The notes under the pieces: model-generated
The model's input: only the letters and a program-made list of their open reading frames with translations
What the model was told of the DNA's origin: nothing
The model's database searches: none
Position numbers and translations under genes: made by a program
Part shown: in pieces, positions 18,064 to 27,038 of the stretch
Position numbering within the stretch: the first letter of the stretch is position 1
Layout: each line of letters starts with the position of its first letter
IMG/VR virus record: IMGVR_UViG_3300038371_000007
Span: 1-52,315 of that record
From: a virus
Lineage: Duplodnaviria > Caudoviricetes
Length of the DNA stretch: 52,315 bases
Strand: one strand, 5' to 3'

Positions 18064-18370
18064 CACAAACAAAGATGGAGCGGTCACTGCTAGCCTATTC
18101 AATGACATAGAAAATATTCTGTATGACTGCATTTTTAGCTCCCAAGGCGAGGCCTGCGGTTTGGAGGAGGCCTATGATAAAATTACTACCCGGATAAAAG
18201 AAGTACGTAACGAGGCGTTGGAGGAAGCTGCGTCTGCGGTGAAGGGACTTCGTTATATTGAAAAAGACCACTGGAGTTCGGAGTATCGGCAGGGTGGTCA
18301 GGCTATGAACATTGGGTCGTGTGAAGTCATTCAAGCACTCAAGTCCACCGGCACTGAGGGGGAAGGGTGA
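18056..18370 (+). CDS. Hypothetical protein
   Basis: Overlapping start; RNEALEEAA motif. Confidence 0.65.
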   Translation: MTDTNKDGAVTASLFNDIENILYDCIFSSQGEACGLEEAYDKITTRIKEVRNEALEEAASAVKGLRYIEKDHWSSEYRQGGQAMNIGSCEVIQALKSTGTEGEG

Positions 18371-18528
18371 TGATGGATGAAATTATCCCGACAGCCCTTG
18401 GCATCGTTCTTGGCACTGCCCTTGGGGTTCTAATCACCGTCCATCTTGCCCACAAGGATGCAGAAGATGGAACGTTGAAGACCCCTTGGGCTGAATTTCA
18501 GTGTGAAAGAAAAGGACACCCCCAATGA
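18370..18528 (+). CDS. Small membrane protein (52 aa)
   Basis: Coupled start and stop; hydrophobic N-terminal helix; read by hand. Confidence 0.55.
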   Translation: MMDEIIPTALGIVLGTALGVLITVHLAHKDAEDGTLKTPWAEFQCERKGHPQ

Positions 18529-18716
18529 CCGATCTGATTAAAGCAGCGGATGTCCTTACCTCCCTCGAAAACTCGCAATGTAAACAGTGTTGCGGTACAG
18601 GTAAGTGTAATGACGCAGAGGTAGGTGATATGTTTTATCGCACGTGGACTTGCCCGTCGTGCAACGGAAATGGGTGGGACTACGAAGCCCGCATCAAAGC
18701 AGCACGGGAGGATTAA
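18525..18716 (+). CDS. DnaJ-type zinc-finger small protein
   Basis: CKQCCGTG and CPSCNGNG (two CxxCxGxG motifs). Confidence 0.7.
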   Translation: MTDLIKAADVLTSLENSQCKQCCGTGKCNDAEVGDMFYRTWTCPSCNGNGWDYEARIKAARED

Positions 18717-18813
18717 TGTACATTGGCAGTTGATGACAAGATTTTATGGGGGTTGCTTTTGTGTGCAATCTTCTTTATAACGATGGCAACCAATATGAAT
18801 TAAGGAAACAATT

Positions 18814-18879
18814 ATGAACTATTATCCTTTTGTATTTTTCTCATTGGCGTTTCTAACTTTGGTAGTTCTTACGTCATGA
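18814..18879 (+). CDS. 21-aa hydrophobic peptide overlapping the DNA polymerase start
   Basis: TAAGGA RBS; MNYYPFVFFSLAFLTLVVLTS; ATGA overlap. Confidence 0.4.
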   Translation: MNYYPFVFFSLAFLTLVVLTS

Positions 18880-20735
18880 TCTTTGATGTCGAGAGCGACG
18901 GTCTCCTTGACGAAGCCACGAAGATCCACGTTCTTGCCTATGAGGTGGACGGAAAAGTTCATCACACCCACGACTACGAAGAGATGAGACGTATCCTCAC
19001 TAGCGCTAAGCTATTGATTGGACACAACATTATCCTATACGACATCCCTCTTGTTGAGAAGCTCCTCAACATTAAGGTGAAAGCCAGGCTGATAGACACC
19101 CTTCCCCTCTCGTGGTACTTGAATCACAACAGGGTGAGGCATGGTCTTGAGGTGTACGGGGAAGAGTATGGAGTACCGAAGCCTGTCATTGACAACTGGG
19201 AAAGTCTAACTCCTGAGGAGTATGCACACCGCTGTAGAGAAGATGTCAAGATTAATCTTCGCCTTTGGACTGACCTGAGAAAGAAACTCCTCCGTCTGTA
19301 TTCAGACAAGAGGGGGGCAGACAGGCTCATCAAGTACCTCACGTTCAAGATGGATTGTGTTCGTGAACAGGAGAGGAGTAGGTGGAAGGTTGACCTCGAC
19401 AAGGTTAGAAAGTCTCTGGGAGAACTCTACCTCATCAAGGAGGAAAAGGTTGAACAACTCAAGGAACACATGCCCCCTGTGCAGAAGTACAGGAAGGCAA
19501 GTCGTCCTAAGAAACCGTTCACCAAATCAGGAGACTACTCCGCTGTAGGTGCTAGGTGGTTTAAACACCTACGAGACTTGGGCTTGCCCGAGGACTACGA
19601 CGGAGAGATCCAGATTCCCAGCAAGGTGGAGCCGCCTAACCCCGGAAGTAGTGACCAAGTCAAAGACTGGCTCTTCACTCTGGGGTGGGTTCCTGCAAGC
19701 TTTGACTACAAGAAGAACGAGGATGGAAGCGAGAGGAAGGTTCCTCAAGTGAGAGTCCTTGACGGAGACAGGAACAAAGTGTTGTGCCCCTCCGTCCTTC
19801 GTCTCGTGGAAAAGCACCCAGAGGTTGAACTCCTTGATGGACTCACCGTTGTGTCTCACCGAATCTCCGTGCTTGAAGGGTTCCTGAAAAGCCACAAGAA
19901 TGGGTGGCTACAGGCGAGAGTTAATGGACTAACCAACACACTTCGCTTCAAACACAAAGAACTGGTGAACCTTCCGGGGGCAGCCAAGCCTTTCAGTGAA
20001 GCAATTAGGGGCAGCCTCATTGCACCAGAAGGACACGAGCTATGTGGTAGTGACATGTGCTCTCTTGAAAGTAACACCAAGAGACACTACATGTATCCAC
20101 ATGACCCTTCGTATGTAGAGGAGATGTCTAAGCCGGGCTTCGATGAACACCTCGACTTGGCTAAGCTGGCAGGTCGTGTGACCCAAGAACAAATCGACAA
20201 CTACAACAAAGGAATTGCAGATGTAGTTAAGAAACTAAAACCTGTGCGTGGCCTGTTCAAACCTGCAAACTACGCAGGTATTTATGGGGTGCGAGAGAAG
20301 ACGCTTAGCAGGCAAACGGGTATGCCTGAGAAGCAATGCAAAGAGCTTCTGGATATTTACTGGAAGCGTAACTGGTCCGTCAAGAAGATCGCCCAAGAAG
20401 TTGAGGTGAAGAAGGTTGACGGTGAGATGTGGTTGTTCAACCCTGTGTCTCAGCTTTGGTACTCTCTTCGTTATGAGAAAGATATTTTCTCTACACTCAA
20501 CCAAGGCACAGGGGTCTTCTGTTTTGACTCTTGGGTTCGTGAACTGCGTAACATGGGACTGGAGCTTACCGCTCAAATGCATGATGAAATTATTGTGCGT
20601 ATCAAGAGGGGTGACAGAGAGAGGACTAACGAGATACTTAAGGAGGCTATCCTGAAAGTGAACAATATACTTAAACTAAATGTTGACTTGGATGTTGACG
20701 TACAATTCGGGGATAGCTATGCGGAAATCCACTAA
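18876..20735 (+). CDS. DNA polymerase family A with 3'-5' exonuclease domain
   Basis: ExoI DVESDG, ExoII GHNI..YD, ExoIII CREDV; motif A GSDMCSLE, motif B KPANYAGIYG (Tyr at the 762-equivalent position), motif C MHDE. Confidence 0.96.
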   Translation: MIFDVESDGLLDEATKIHVLAYEVDGKVHHTHDYEEMRRILTSAKLLIGHNIILYDIPLVEKLLNIKVKARLIDTLPLSWYLNHNRVRHGLEVYGEEYGVPKPVIDNWESLTPEEYAHRCREDVKINLRLWTDLRKKLLRLYSDKRGADRLIKYLTFKMDCVREQERSRWKVDLDKVRKSLGELYLIKEEKVEQLKEHMPPVQKYRKASRPKKPFTKSGDYSAVGARWFKHLRDLGLPEDYDGEIQIPSKVEPPNPGSSDQVKDWLFTLGWVPASFDYKKNEDGSERKVPQVRVLDGDRNKVLCPSVLRLVEKHPEVELLDGLTVVSHRISVLEGFLKSHKNGWLQARVNGLTNTLRFKHKELVNLPGAAKPFSEAIRGSLIAPEGHELCGSDMCSLESNTKRHYMYPHDPSYVEEMSKPGFDEHLDLAKLAGRVTQEQIDNYNKGIADVVKKLKPVRGLFKPANYAGIYGVREKTLSRQTGMPEKQCKELLDIYWKRNWSVKKIAQEVEVKKVDGEMWLFNPVSQLWYSLRYEKDIFSTLNQGTGVFCFDSWVRELRNMGLELTAQMHDEIIVRIKRGDRERTNEILKEAILKVNNILKLNVDLDVDVQFGDSYAEIH

Positions 20736-21117
20736 TTGCGTTGTGCCAGAAGACGGACACAGGAATAGTGACGGATACGTAAGAGTTCTCGATAGGCCCA
20801 GAAAAGACGGGGGTAGGTTGGTAATGTTGCACCGTCTTGAGTGGGAGAAGATCAACGGACCTATCCCGGAGGGTCACGAGGTAAATCACAAGTGCAAGAA
20901 CAGGGAGTGTTGTAATGTGAACCACTTGGAAGTCTTGAGTAGGTCAGAGCATAAAAGCTTGGACAATGCTAAAAGATATAAAGGAAGAGAGGATTCAATC
21001 GTAGCATTCTTTATGAAGAGTGACGGGGTGCCTATGAAGTGTCTGTCTTCTGTAACAGGACTTCATGCAAACTCTCTAAGAAAGATGATTAACAGAAGGG
21101 TAACTAACCTTGAGTGA
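20719..21117 (+). CDS. Free-standing HNH homing endonuclease
   Basis: DGY...HRLEWE..NGPIPEGHEVNHKCKNRECCNVNHL; overlaps the end of the polymerase gene. Confidence 0.88.
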   Translation: MRKSTNCVVPEDGHRNSDGYVRVLDRPRKDGGRLVMLHRLEWEKINGPIPEGHEVNHKCKNRECCNVNHLEVLSRSEHKSLDNAKRYKGREDSIVAFFMKSDGVPMKCLSSVTGLHANSLRKMINRRVTNLE

Positions 21118-21361
21118 AGAAGTAAAAGTATATCAAGACAAGGCGGTGCTTACCTACGTAGTGCCTGCCTATAACACGACAGCACTGGAGGCTTTGGCTG
21201 TGGTGTGTTCTCAGTTTGATGAGAACAAGATTGGACGTACAGAAGTTACACACCTTGCAGCGTACAACAAGTACGAGGTCACTGTGACGCTGAAGTCCAA
21301 CAGTCCTGAGTGGTTCAACGAGAGTGGTGAGCCTGTGAATTTTGAAGTCAAAGGAGTATAA
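21110..21361 (+). CDS. Hypothetical protein
   Basis: Operon packing; TTG start. Confidence 0.6.
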   Translation: MSEEVKVYQDKAVLTYVVPAYNTTALEALAVVCSQFDENKIGRTEVTHLAAYNKYEVTVTLKSNSPEWFNESGEPVNFEVKGV

Positions 21362-21362
21362 C

Positions 21363-21566
21363 ATGTTTGACAAGAGTCTAGACAAAATCCTCTCTGGGTT
21401 TTCTAAGACAGTGACACAACTGGAAGAGTTTATCAAGGCCCGTGAGTCAGAGTGTGCTGCCTTTGATGAGAGCATCGGAGCCTTGAAAGAGAGGAAGGCT
21501 GTTTCTTCTTCTCAAAAGGAGAGAGCTGAGCACGTCAAAGGTAACATCGAAAAGATTATTGGATAA
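21363..21566 (+). CDS. Small coiled-coil hypothetical protein
   Basis: AAGGAG RBS. Confidence 0.7.
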   Translation: MFDKSLDKILSGFSKTVTQLEEFIKARESECAAFDESIGALKERKAVSSSQKERAEHVKGNIEKIIG

Positions 21567-21577
21567 GGAAAACATAG

Positions 21578-22324
21578 ATGGCATTGAACGCACGTAAAGT
21601 TGGGGGCACCTCTAAATTCAAGCGGCCCCCTGCACTGGAAGCAGGCACCTACCCAGCCCGTCTGGTTCAGGTAGTTGACTTGGGGATTCAACCTCAGCGC
21701 CCTTGGCAGGGTCAGGACAAACCCCCTGCAAATATGATTATGACTACATATGAGATCCTCGATGAGTTCCTTACTGACGAGGAGGGGAATGAGATGACTG
21801 ACAAACCCCGGTGGGTAAGTGAAGACTTCCCCCTCTTCTCTCTTGATAGTGATCGTGCTAAGTCTACCCAGCGCTACACAGCAATGGACCAAGATCTTGA
21901 GCATGACGGAGACTGGGGTAAGCTGGTTGGCACCCCTTGTATTGTCACCCTGTCGGCAGACAAGGATCGTAATGGCAAGAAAGATCAGGACGGTAATGTC
22001 ATCGTCTATAACAACATCTCCTCTGTTCAGCCTATGCGAGCCAAGGATGCTGCTAAGGCAGAGCCTTTGAAGAACCCCACCAAGGTGTTTGATATGGGCG
22101 AGCCTGATCTGGATGTGTTCTTGTCCCTGCCTGAGTGGCTTCGTGATAAGATTAAATCTTCTCTTGAGTACGCTGGCTCCGTCCTCGAAGACCTCTTGTC
22201 TAAGATTGACGAGAAGGAGGAGATTGAGAAGCGTCGTTCTTCGGACAAGAAAGAGGAAGAACCTGTCAAGGAAGAGGGGAAGTCCAACCCCCCCGCATCT
22301 GATGATGACGACGAAGATTGGTAA
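21578..22324 (+). CDS. Putative single-stranded DNA-binding protein
   Basis: GTYPARLVQVVDLG N-terminus; acidic tail ending DDDDEDW; replication-module context. Confidence 0.7.
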   Translation: MALNARKVGGTSKFKRPPALEAGTYPARLVQVVDLGIQPQRPWQGQDKPPANMIMTTYEILDEFLTDEEGNEMTDKPRWVSEDFPLFSLDSDRAKSTQRYTAMDQDLEHDGDWGKLVGTPCIVTLSADKDRNGKKDQDGNVIVYNNISSVQPMRAKDAAKAEPLKNPTKVFDMGEPDLDVFLSLPEWLRDKIKSSLEYAGSVLEDLLSKIDEKEEIEKRRSSDKKEEEPVKEEGKSNPPASDDDDEDW

Positions 22325-22390
22325 TGAGTGGTGGGGGTGGTCTTTCGACTGCCCCCATGACGACTGTACTCACTGGGCTGGAGGATTATA

Positions 22391-22888
22391 ATGAGCAGAG
22401 ACTATTGGTTTATTTCAGACACTCACTTTCAACACAAGAACATCCTGAAATTTAGTCCGGGCCCGTTCTCTTCTGTTGAGGAGAGGGATGAGGTTATGAT
22501 TGAGAACTGGAACAGTGTAGTTAAGAATGGTGATTATGTTTACCACCTGGGGGATGTGTTCTTTGGCAGCAAGGAAACTTTCCCATCCCTTTGGAAGAGG
22601 CTCAATGGAAGCAAGAGGCTAATCATTGGTAATCACGACGATCCCATGTACTTCGCTAAGGGGGGTTTCGTAAAGAAGATGGGCTTGTGGAAAGTTTGGC
22701 ATGACAGAAACCTCTTGTTTACCCACGTACCTGTGCATGAGGATAGCATCAGAGAGCGCCTGTGCGGGGCAGGAGAGCCCCTTAACGTACATGGGCACAC
22801 CCACCTAAACGGATCTCCGGAAGGCCCGTACAGGAGCGTCTGTGTGGAGCTAAACAACTACACCCCGGTTAACCTAGAGGAGTTGTGA
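22391..22888 (+). CDS. Calcineurin-like metallophosphoesterase
   Basis: SDTHF, HLGDV, GNHD, THVP, HGHTH. Confidence 0.92.
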   Translation: MSRDYWFISDTHFQHKNILKFSPGPFSSVEERDEVMIENWNSVVKNGDYVYHLGDVFFGSKETFPSLWKRLNGSKRLIIGNHDDPMYFAKGGFVKKMGLWKVWHDRNLLFTHVPVHEDSIRERLCGAGEPLNVHGHTHLNGSPEGPYRSVCVELNNYTPVNLEEL

Positions 22889-23100
22889 TGCAGACAAGGG
22901 ACTTAAAAGTGGACCTACTGTATACCCCGAGAAGGGGTATGAGTGTCCCGGACATGTCCCCCCCTGTGAGGGTGACTCATGTCCCCACTGGCACCGCTGT
23001 AACAGTAAGGGCCACTAATACACACCTCTCTAGAAATATAGCTATTGAGATGATAGAGTGGGCGCTACTTTATGAAAACAAATTACTGGAGGCAGAATGA
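22888..23100 (+). CDS. Small protein resembling release-factor domain 3, lacking GGQ
   Basis: DLKVDL...VRVTHVPTG...SRNIAIEMI matches the class I release-factor pattern DLRID...IRITHLPTG...KNKAKAL. Confidence 0.6.
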   Translation: MQTRDLKVDLLYTPRRGMSVPDMSPPVRVTHVPTGTAVTVRATNTHLSRNIAIEMIEWALLYENKLLEAE

Positions 23101-23297
23101 GAAAGGATCTACGTATTCAGGTGTTTTCTTCCTGTGACGGGCACAGTGTACAGGTTATCAACACTGATGAAAATAAGGTAGTTCACCACTCTTCGTGGGA
23201 CCATAACAATGCAGAGCTGGGCGCAGGAGGGGAGGTCAACTTCGTGAGACTTCTGGAGTGGTTAGGGTATGACGTCTACCATGAGGAGGTTTACTAG
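23097..23297 (+). CDS. Hypothetical protein
   Basis: GGAGG RBS; ATGA overlap. Confidence 0.65.
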   Translation: MRKDLRIQVFSSCDGHSVQVINTDENKVVHHSSWDHNNAELGAGGEVNFVRLLEWLGYDVYHEEVY

Positions 23298-24670
23298 TGC
23301 AGCCATTGCTAGACGCTGACGTGCTCCTGCACGAGCTGGGGTGGAGCGGGGAGTTCACGGACAAAGACACAGGAGAGGAGATGCTTCTGTCCTTTGAACA
23401 TGTGGCTAGCCTACTAGACGACAAGATTGATTTGATCTGTTACGAAGTAGAGGCCACTGAACCACCAATCCTATATGTCTCAGACTCAGAGGAGATTACT
23501 CGCCGCGTGAACAAGATGCTTAGATGGCAGGGTGAGCCAGAGCGTAAGTTCACGCCCAACTTTAGATACGAGGTGGCTACCACCAAGCCATACAAAGGTA
23601 CTCGTAAGAACCCTAAACCTTTTCACTTCTACAACATCCTGTTCTACATGATGGCCAACTACAAAGTTGTTCTATCTGAAGACGGGTTAGAGGCAGATGA
23701 TATGATGTGCATAGCTCAGATTGAGAATGCTAAAGAGTACGGGGTGAAGGTAGATACACACGCTGGCCCTCTGCTGATGGACTACGAAGACTGGCTTGTC
23801 TACGGAAACACTACCTTTATTAAGGATGACAAAGGGTACTTCATAAACGACACAGGTAAGGGACCTACAAGATCTGTGTGGTCTTTTCATCGAAAGGTGA
23901 TGGGAGACCCTGAAGGGTTGGTTGTAGATCACATCAATGGGGACACTCATGACTGTCGTAAGTACAACCTGAGAGTGTGTAGCGTTAAAGAAAACATCAG
24001 AAACTCAAAACCACAAGGCGGGACATCTAACTACAAGGGGGTGAGCTACGATAAGTCTCGTGATAAGTGGTCTGCCAGCATCAAGGTGGACAGAAAGTCG
24101 ATCCATCTGGGAAGGTTCTCTGGCGAAGAGGATGCCGCTAAGGCTTACGACTCGGCTGCTAAAGAATACTTCGGAGAGTTTGCCCGCCTTAACTTTGAGG
24201 CTCCGCACTTTAAGCCTTTTAAACAGACGGTCATTTGTTCTAGAGACAAGGACCTGAGGATGTGTCCCTTGCTACACTACTCTTGGGAGTGCGGCAATCA
24301 ACGAGCACTAGGCCCTACCTACACAGACGACATTGGTCATCTGGAAGAAATCATCACTAAGAAGACTGATGAGAAGACGGGCAAGGTGAAGATTGATAAG
24401 AAGATCTTGGGTTATGGCAAGTCCTTCTTCTACTACCAGATGCTGGTGGGAGATAGTGCAGACAACATTCCCGGCCTGCCTAAGTGGGGACACGTCAAAG
24501 CCTATGAACTATTGAAAGACCTTAAGACAGAGAGAGGCTTGTTCAAAGCTGTGCAGAAGGCATACATTGAAACGATGAAGCTAGATGCTAAGCGACACTT
24601 CAGAGAGCAGGCCTCACTACTTTGGATGGTCCAAGAAAAAGGAAAAGAATATGCAACACCTTCAAGATAA
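23297..24670 (+). CDS. 5'-3' exonuclease (T7 gp6/FEN-like) with an in-frame HNH-AP2 endonuclease insertion
   Basis: DAD, NFR..PYKGTR, EADD, SRDKDL and GDSADNIPGL FEN motifs; HRKVM..VDHINGD..NLR and YKGVS..W.A.I..HLGRF..AAKAYD..FGEFARLNF lie between EADD and SRDKDL. Confidence 0.9.
   Translation: MQPLLDADVLLHELGWSGEFTDKDTGEEMLLSFEHVASLLDDKIDLICYEVEATEPPILYVSDSEEITRRVNKMLRWQGEPERKFTPNFRYEVATTKPYKGTRKNPKPFHFYNILFYMMANYKVVLSEDGLEADDMMCIAQIENAKEYGVKVDTHAGPLLMDYEDWLVYGNTTFIKDDKGYFINDTGKGPTRSVWSFHRKVMGDPEGLVVDHINGDTHDCRKYNLRVCSVKENIRNSKPQGGTSNYKGVSYDKSRDKWSASIKVDRKSIHLGRFSGEEDAAKAYDSAAKEYFGEFARLNFEAPHFKPFKQTVICSRDKDLRMCPLLHYSWECGNQRALGPTYTDDIGHLEEIITKKTDEKTGKVKIDKKILGYGKSFFYYQMLVGDSADNIPGLPKWGHVKAYELLKDLKTERGLFKAVQKAYIETMKLDAKRHFREQASLLWMVQEKGKEYATPSR
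23730..24225 (+). mobile_element. HNH-AP2 homing endonuclease module fused in frame inside the exonuclease (boundaries approximate)
   Basis: Complete HNH and AP2 domains (~165 aa); no Hint motifs and no intron core. Confidence 0.8.
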
Positions 24671-24815
24671 AGTCCTGTTCCACATTTCTATGTGGGGGCA
24701 GGCAGCGCTAATGGGGGCAGGCCTTCTGGGCATTGCCGCCCACTACTCTACCTTCCTCGCCATTCTGATTGGTGGGGCTGTGACTGCGGCTACTTTGCTC
24801 TACGACGATGAGTGA
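24651..24815 (+). CDS. Small membrane protein
   Basis: AAGGA RBS; two hydrophobic segments. Confidence 0.6.
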   Translation: MQHLQDKVLFHISMWGQAALMGAGLLGIAAHYSTFLAILIGGAVTAATLLYDDE

Positions 24816-25221
24816 TAAGACTCGTTGTAATGGCAACTGGACAGAGGCAAGGTACAGGGGGTTCATTACCTCTGCCCTTCGCAGGGCCTCGGGGCGTTGG
24901 GCCCCCAAGACTACAGTGAAGTCTAAGGCCCGTGTCTCTCGTGGTTTCTACACCTGTGCCTCCTGCAAAGAGGAGGTGCCTGCCTCTCTCAAGACCGAGA
25001 AGGGCAGGGTTAACAACGTGTATGTTGACCACATTGACCCTGTAGTGGACCCCTCTGTGGGGTTCACAACATGGGATGATTTTATAGAAAGATTGTTTTG
25101 CGAAGAAGATAATTTGCAAGTCCTGTGTAAGGCTTGCCATGACGAGAAGTCGTCAAAGGAAAAAGAAATTGCCAAAGAGCGGAGAAGGAAAGAACGTGAT
25201 GCAACTAGAAACATTCAATGA
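24808..25221 (+). CDS. HNH endonuclease (Zn-binding, CxxC type)
   Basis: CASC...VDHIDPV...NLQVLCKACHDEKS. Confidence 0.88.
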   Translation: MSDKTRCNGNWTEARYRGFITSALRRASGRWAPKTTVKSKARVSRGFYTCASCKEEVPASLKTEKGRVNNVYVDHIDPVVDPSVGFTTWDDFIERLFCEEDNLQVLCKACHDEKSSKEKEIAKERRRKERDATRNIQ

Positions 25222-25459
25222 AGTAGAGCACATGCCCCTGCGAGTATTCAACCGAGCAGTGATGGCATTCAATCTGGCAGAAGACTTCGGTCGTAAGGTT
25301 CTGGAAGAGTACCTTGAGCTGTTCTCTGAAGATGAGAAGGCCCAGATCTTTCTCATGACTCAGTACATCAAGGCCAAAGGTCCGGAGGCTGCACGTAAGT
25401 TTGCAACCAAAGATCTTCAGGTTGAGTATGACCCAGGGGAGGACGACAAAGATGAGTGA
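25199..25459 (+). CDS. Hypothetical protein
   Basis: AAGGA RBS, operon packing. Confidence 0.7.
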   Translation: MQLETFNEVEHMPLRVFNRAVMAFNLAEDFGRKVLEEYLELFSEDEKAQIFLMTQYIKAKGPEAARKFATKDLQVEYDPGEDDKDE

Positions 25460-25775
25460 GGGTGTTAAGTTCGATCAAGATAAGGTGAGGATGGAACTAG
25501 TCCCGGCAGAGCTTATGGTTGCTGTTGGCACCATCCTTACCTTCGGTGCCGAGAAATACGCCCCCAGAAACTGGGAGCTCGGGATGGATTGGTCTCGTGT
25601 ATTCGGGGCTCTACAGAGGCACCTGTGGGCATGGGAATCCGGGGAAGACAAAGACCCCGAGACAGGAAAGTCCCACCTATGGCACGCCGCTTGTTGTATT
25701 GCCTTTCTCGTTACGTACGAACAACGAGGTGTAGGTAAGGACGACCGGCCCAATTCTGAACAGGAGACAGTATGA
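25452..25775 (+). CDS. dATP/dGTP diphosphohydrolase-like protein (DUF5664)
   Basis: GVKFDQDK..ELVP, GAEKYAPRNW..G, RHL..W..GED.DPETG.SHL.HA. Confidence 0.85.
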   Translation: MSEGVKFDQDKVRMELVPAELMVAVGTILTFGAEKYAPRNWELGMDWSRVFGALQRHLWAWESGEDKDPETGKSHLWHAACCIAFLVTYEQRGVGKDDRPNSEQETV

Positions 25776-26530
25776 CTGCCAAGATTTTGATCGTGGACAT
25801 TGAGACAGCCCCGAACATTGCTTATGTATGGGGGAAGTTCAAGCAGTTCATCAGCGACAAACAGTGGGTAGACAAGACTCACATCATGTCGTTCTCTGCT
25901 AAGTGGCTGGGAGAAGATGGAATCATCTACGTGGAGAACAGGTCCAGTGATGACTCCAACATTGTTGAGGCCCTGTATGAATTGCTTGACGAGGCAGACG
26001 TTGTAGTGGCACATAACGGACGAAGGTTCGACCTGCCCACAATTCTTGGCCGTGGTGTAGTTCATGGCTTCACTCCCCCTAGTCCCTATCGTGTGGTTGA
26101 TACATTCGACATTGCACGTAAGGAACTGAGGCTGCCAAGCAATAGTCTGTACGCCTTGTGTGAAGACCTAGACCTTCCACGAAAGAAAGACCATGCTAAG
26201 TTCCCCGGATTCGAGCTATGGCTTGAGTGTCTCCGTGGTAATGACGAAGCATGGAAGGAGATGCAAGAGTACAATGAGCAAGACGTCATCTCCCTTGAAG
26301 CTCTTTACCTACGTCTTCGTCCGTATGCACGTAATCATCCTAATGTTGTACGGGACAGCACTGATGTTCGATGCCCCAAATGTGGCAGCGACCGTATCCA
26401 GTATCGCGGTTACTACTACACTAATGCTGGTTTGTGCTACCGTCGTTTTGTCTGTCTTGACTGCGGCGGCTGGGGAAGAGTGAGGTTTGCGGAGAAAGAC
26501 CGGACACCAGAAGCGAGGAATGCAACGTGA
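25772..26530 (+). CDS. DEDD/RNase H-like 3'-5' exonuclease with C-terminal Zn ribbon
   Basis: DIET, AHNGRRFD, YNEQDV; CPKC...CLDC. Confidence 0.88.
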   Translation: MTAKILIVDIETAPNIAYVWGKFKQFISDKQWVDKTHIMSFSAKWLGEDGIIYVENRSSDDSNIVEALYELLDEADVVVAHNGRRFDLPTILGRGVVHGFTPPSPYRVVDTFDIARKELRLPSNSLYALCEDLDLPRKKDHAKFPGFELWLECLRGNDEAWKEMQEYNEQDVISLEALYLRLRPYARNHPNVVRDSTDVRCPKCGSDRIQYRGYYYTNAGLCYRRFVCLDCGGWGRVRFAEKDRTPEARNAT

Positions 26531-26706
26531 ACAACAAAACATTACAGTCTGTTACACGTTGGTCTTGGGAAACCCCAGACGGGGAGTTTTTTGTAGAGGC
26601 CGACAGGGGGGAACGCTACCACCTCTACCACGGGAAGTTAAAACTCGGGGTGTTTAATTCTATTAAAAAGTGCCAAGGAGTGGTTGATGCTACACTACAA
26701 GATTGA
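26527..26706 (+). CDS. Small hypothetical protein (59 aa)
   Basis: GTGA overlap; read by hand. Confidence 0.45.
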   Translation: MNNKTLQSVTRWSWETPDGEFFVEADRGERYHLYHGKLKLGVFNSIKKCQGVVDATLQD

Positions 26707-26851
26707 GGAGGGGTTCCTTATCCTCTCCCACATTCGTGGATATGCAGATGAAGATGTTGTGCAGATCCCACTAGAAGAACTGGCGGAGGCCCTTAAGCCT
26801 CTGCTTGCCCCTAAGAAGAGAAAGGCTAAGTCAGATGAAACTCAATCTTGA
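26687..26851 (+). CDS. Small hypothetical protein (54 aa)
   Basis: AAGGAG RBS; read by hand. Confidence 0.55.
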   Translation: MLHYKIEEGFLILSHIRGYADEDVVQIPLEELAEALKPLLAPKKRKAKSDETQS

Positions 26852-27038
26852 CTGCGAGCCCACTGATATGGGACAGGCCCTGAACATTGCGTTCAGGGTC
26901 ATCTCTGAGAACCCTCAACAAGAGATTGGTAATGGGGGTGCTGTCTATGTACGCTCTGCCAACGGAGTTCTGTTTGAGGTTGTACGAAACGAAGACTCAT
27001 ACACAGCAAGAGCTGTTAGCGAAGGAGCAACGCAATGA
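26835..27038 (+). CDS. Hypothetical protein
   Basis: Operon packing. Confidence 0.6.
   Translation: MKLNLDCEPTDMGQALNIAFRVISENPQQEIGNGGAVYVRSANGVLFEVVRNEDSYTARAVSEGATQ

Noticed and set aside
18714-18722. phiEco32-like late promoter word TAATGTACA
   Set aside because: A single near match; I did not find it upstream of the structural genes.
23705-24240. Intein in the exonuclease (Cys in MMCIAQ)
   Set aside because: No terminal His-Asn before a Cys/Ser/Thr and no Hint blocks; the insert is fully accounted for by HNH plus AP2.
25452-25775. 2-aminoadenine (Z) genome system
   Set aside because: DUF5664 alone is insufficient; no purZ or datZ in the window.
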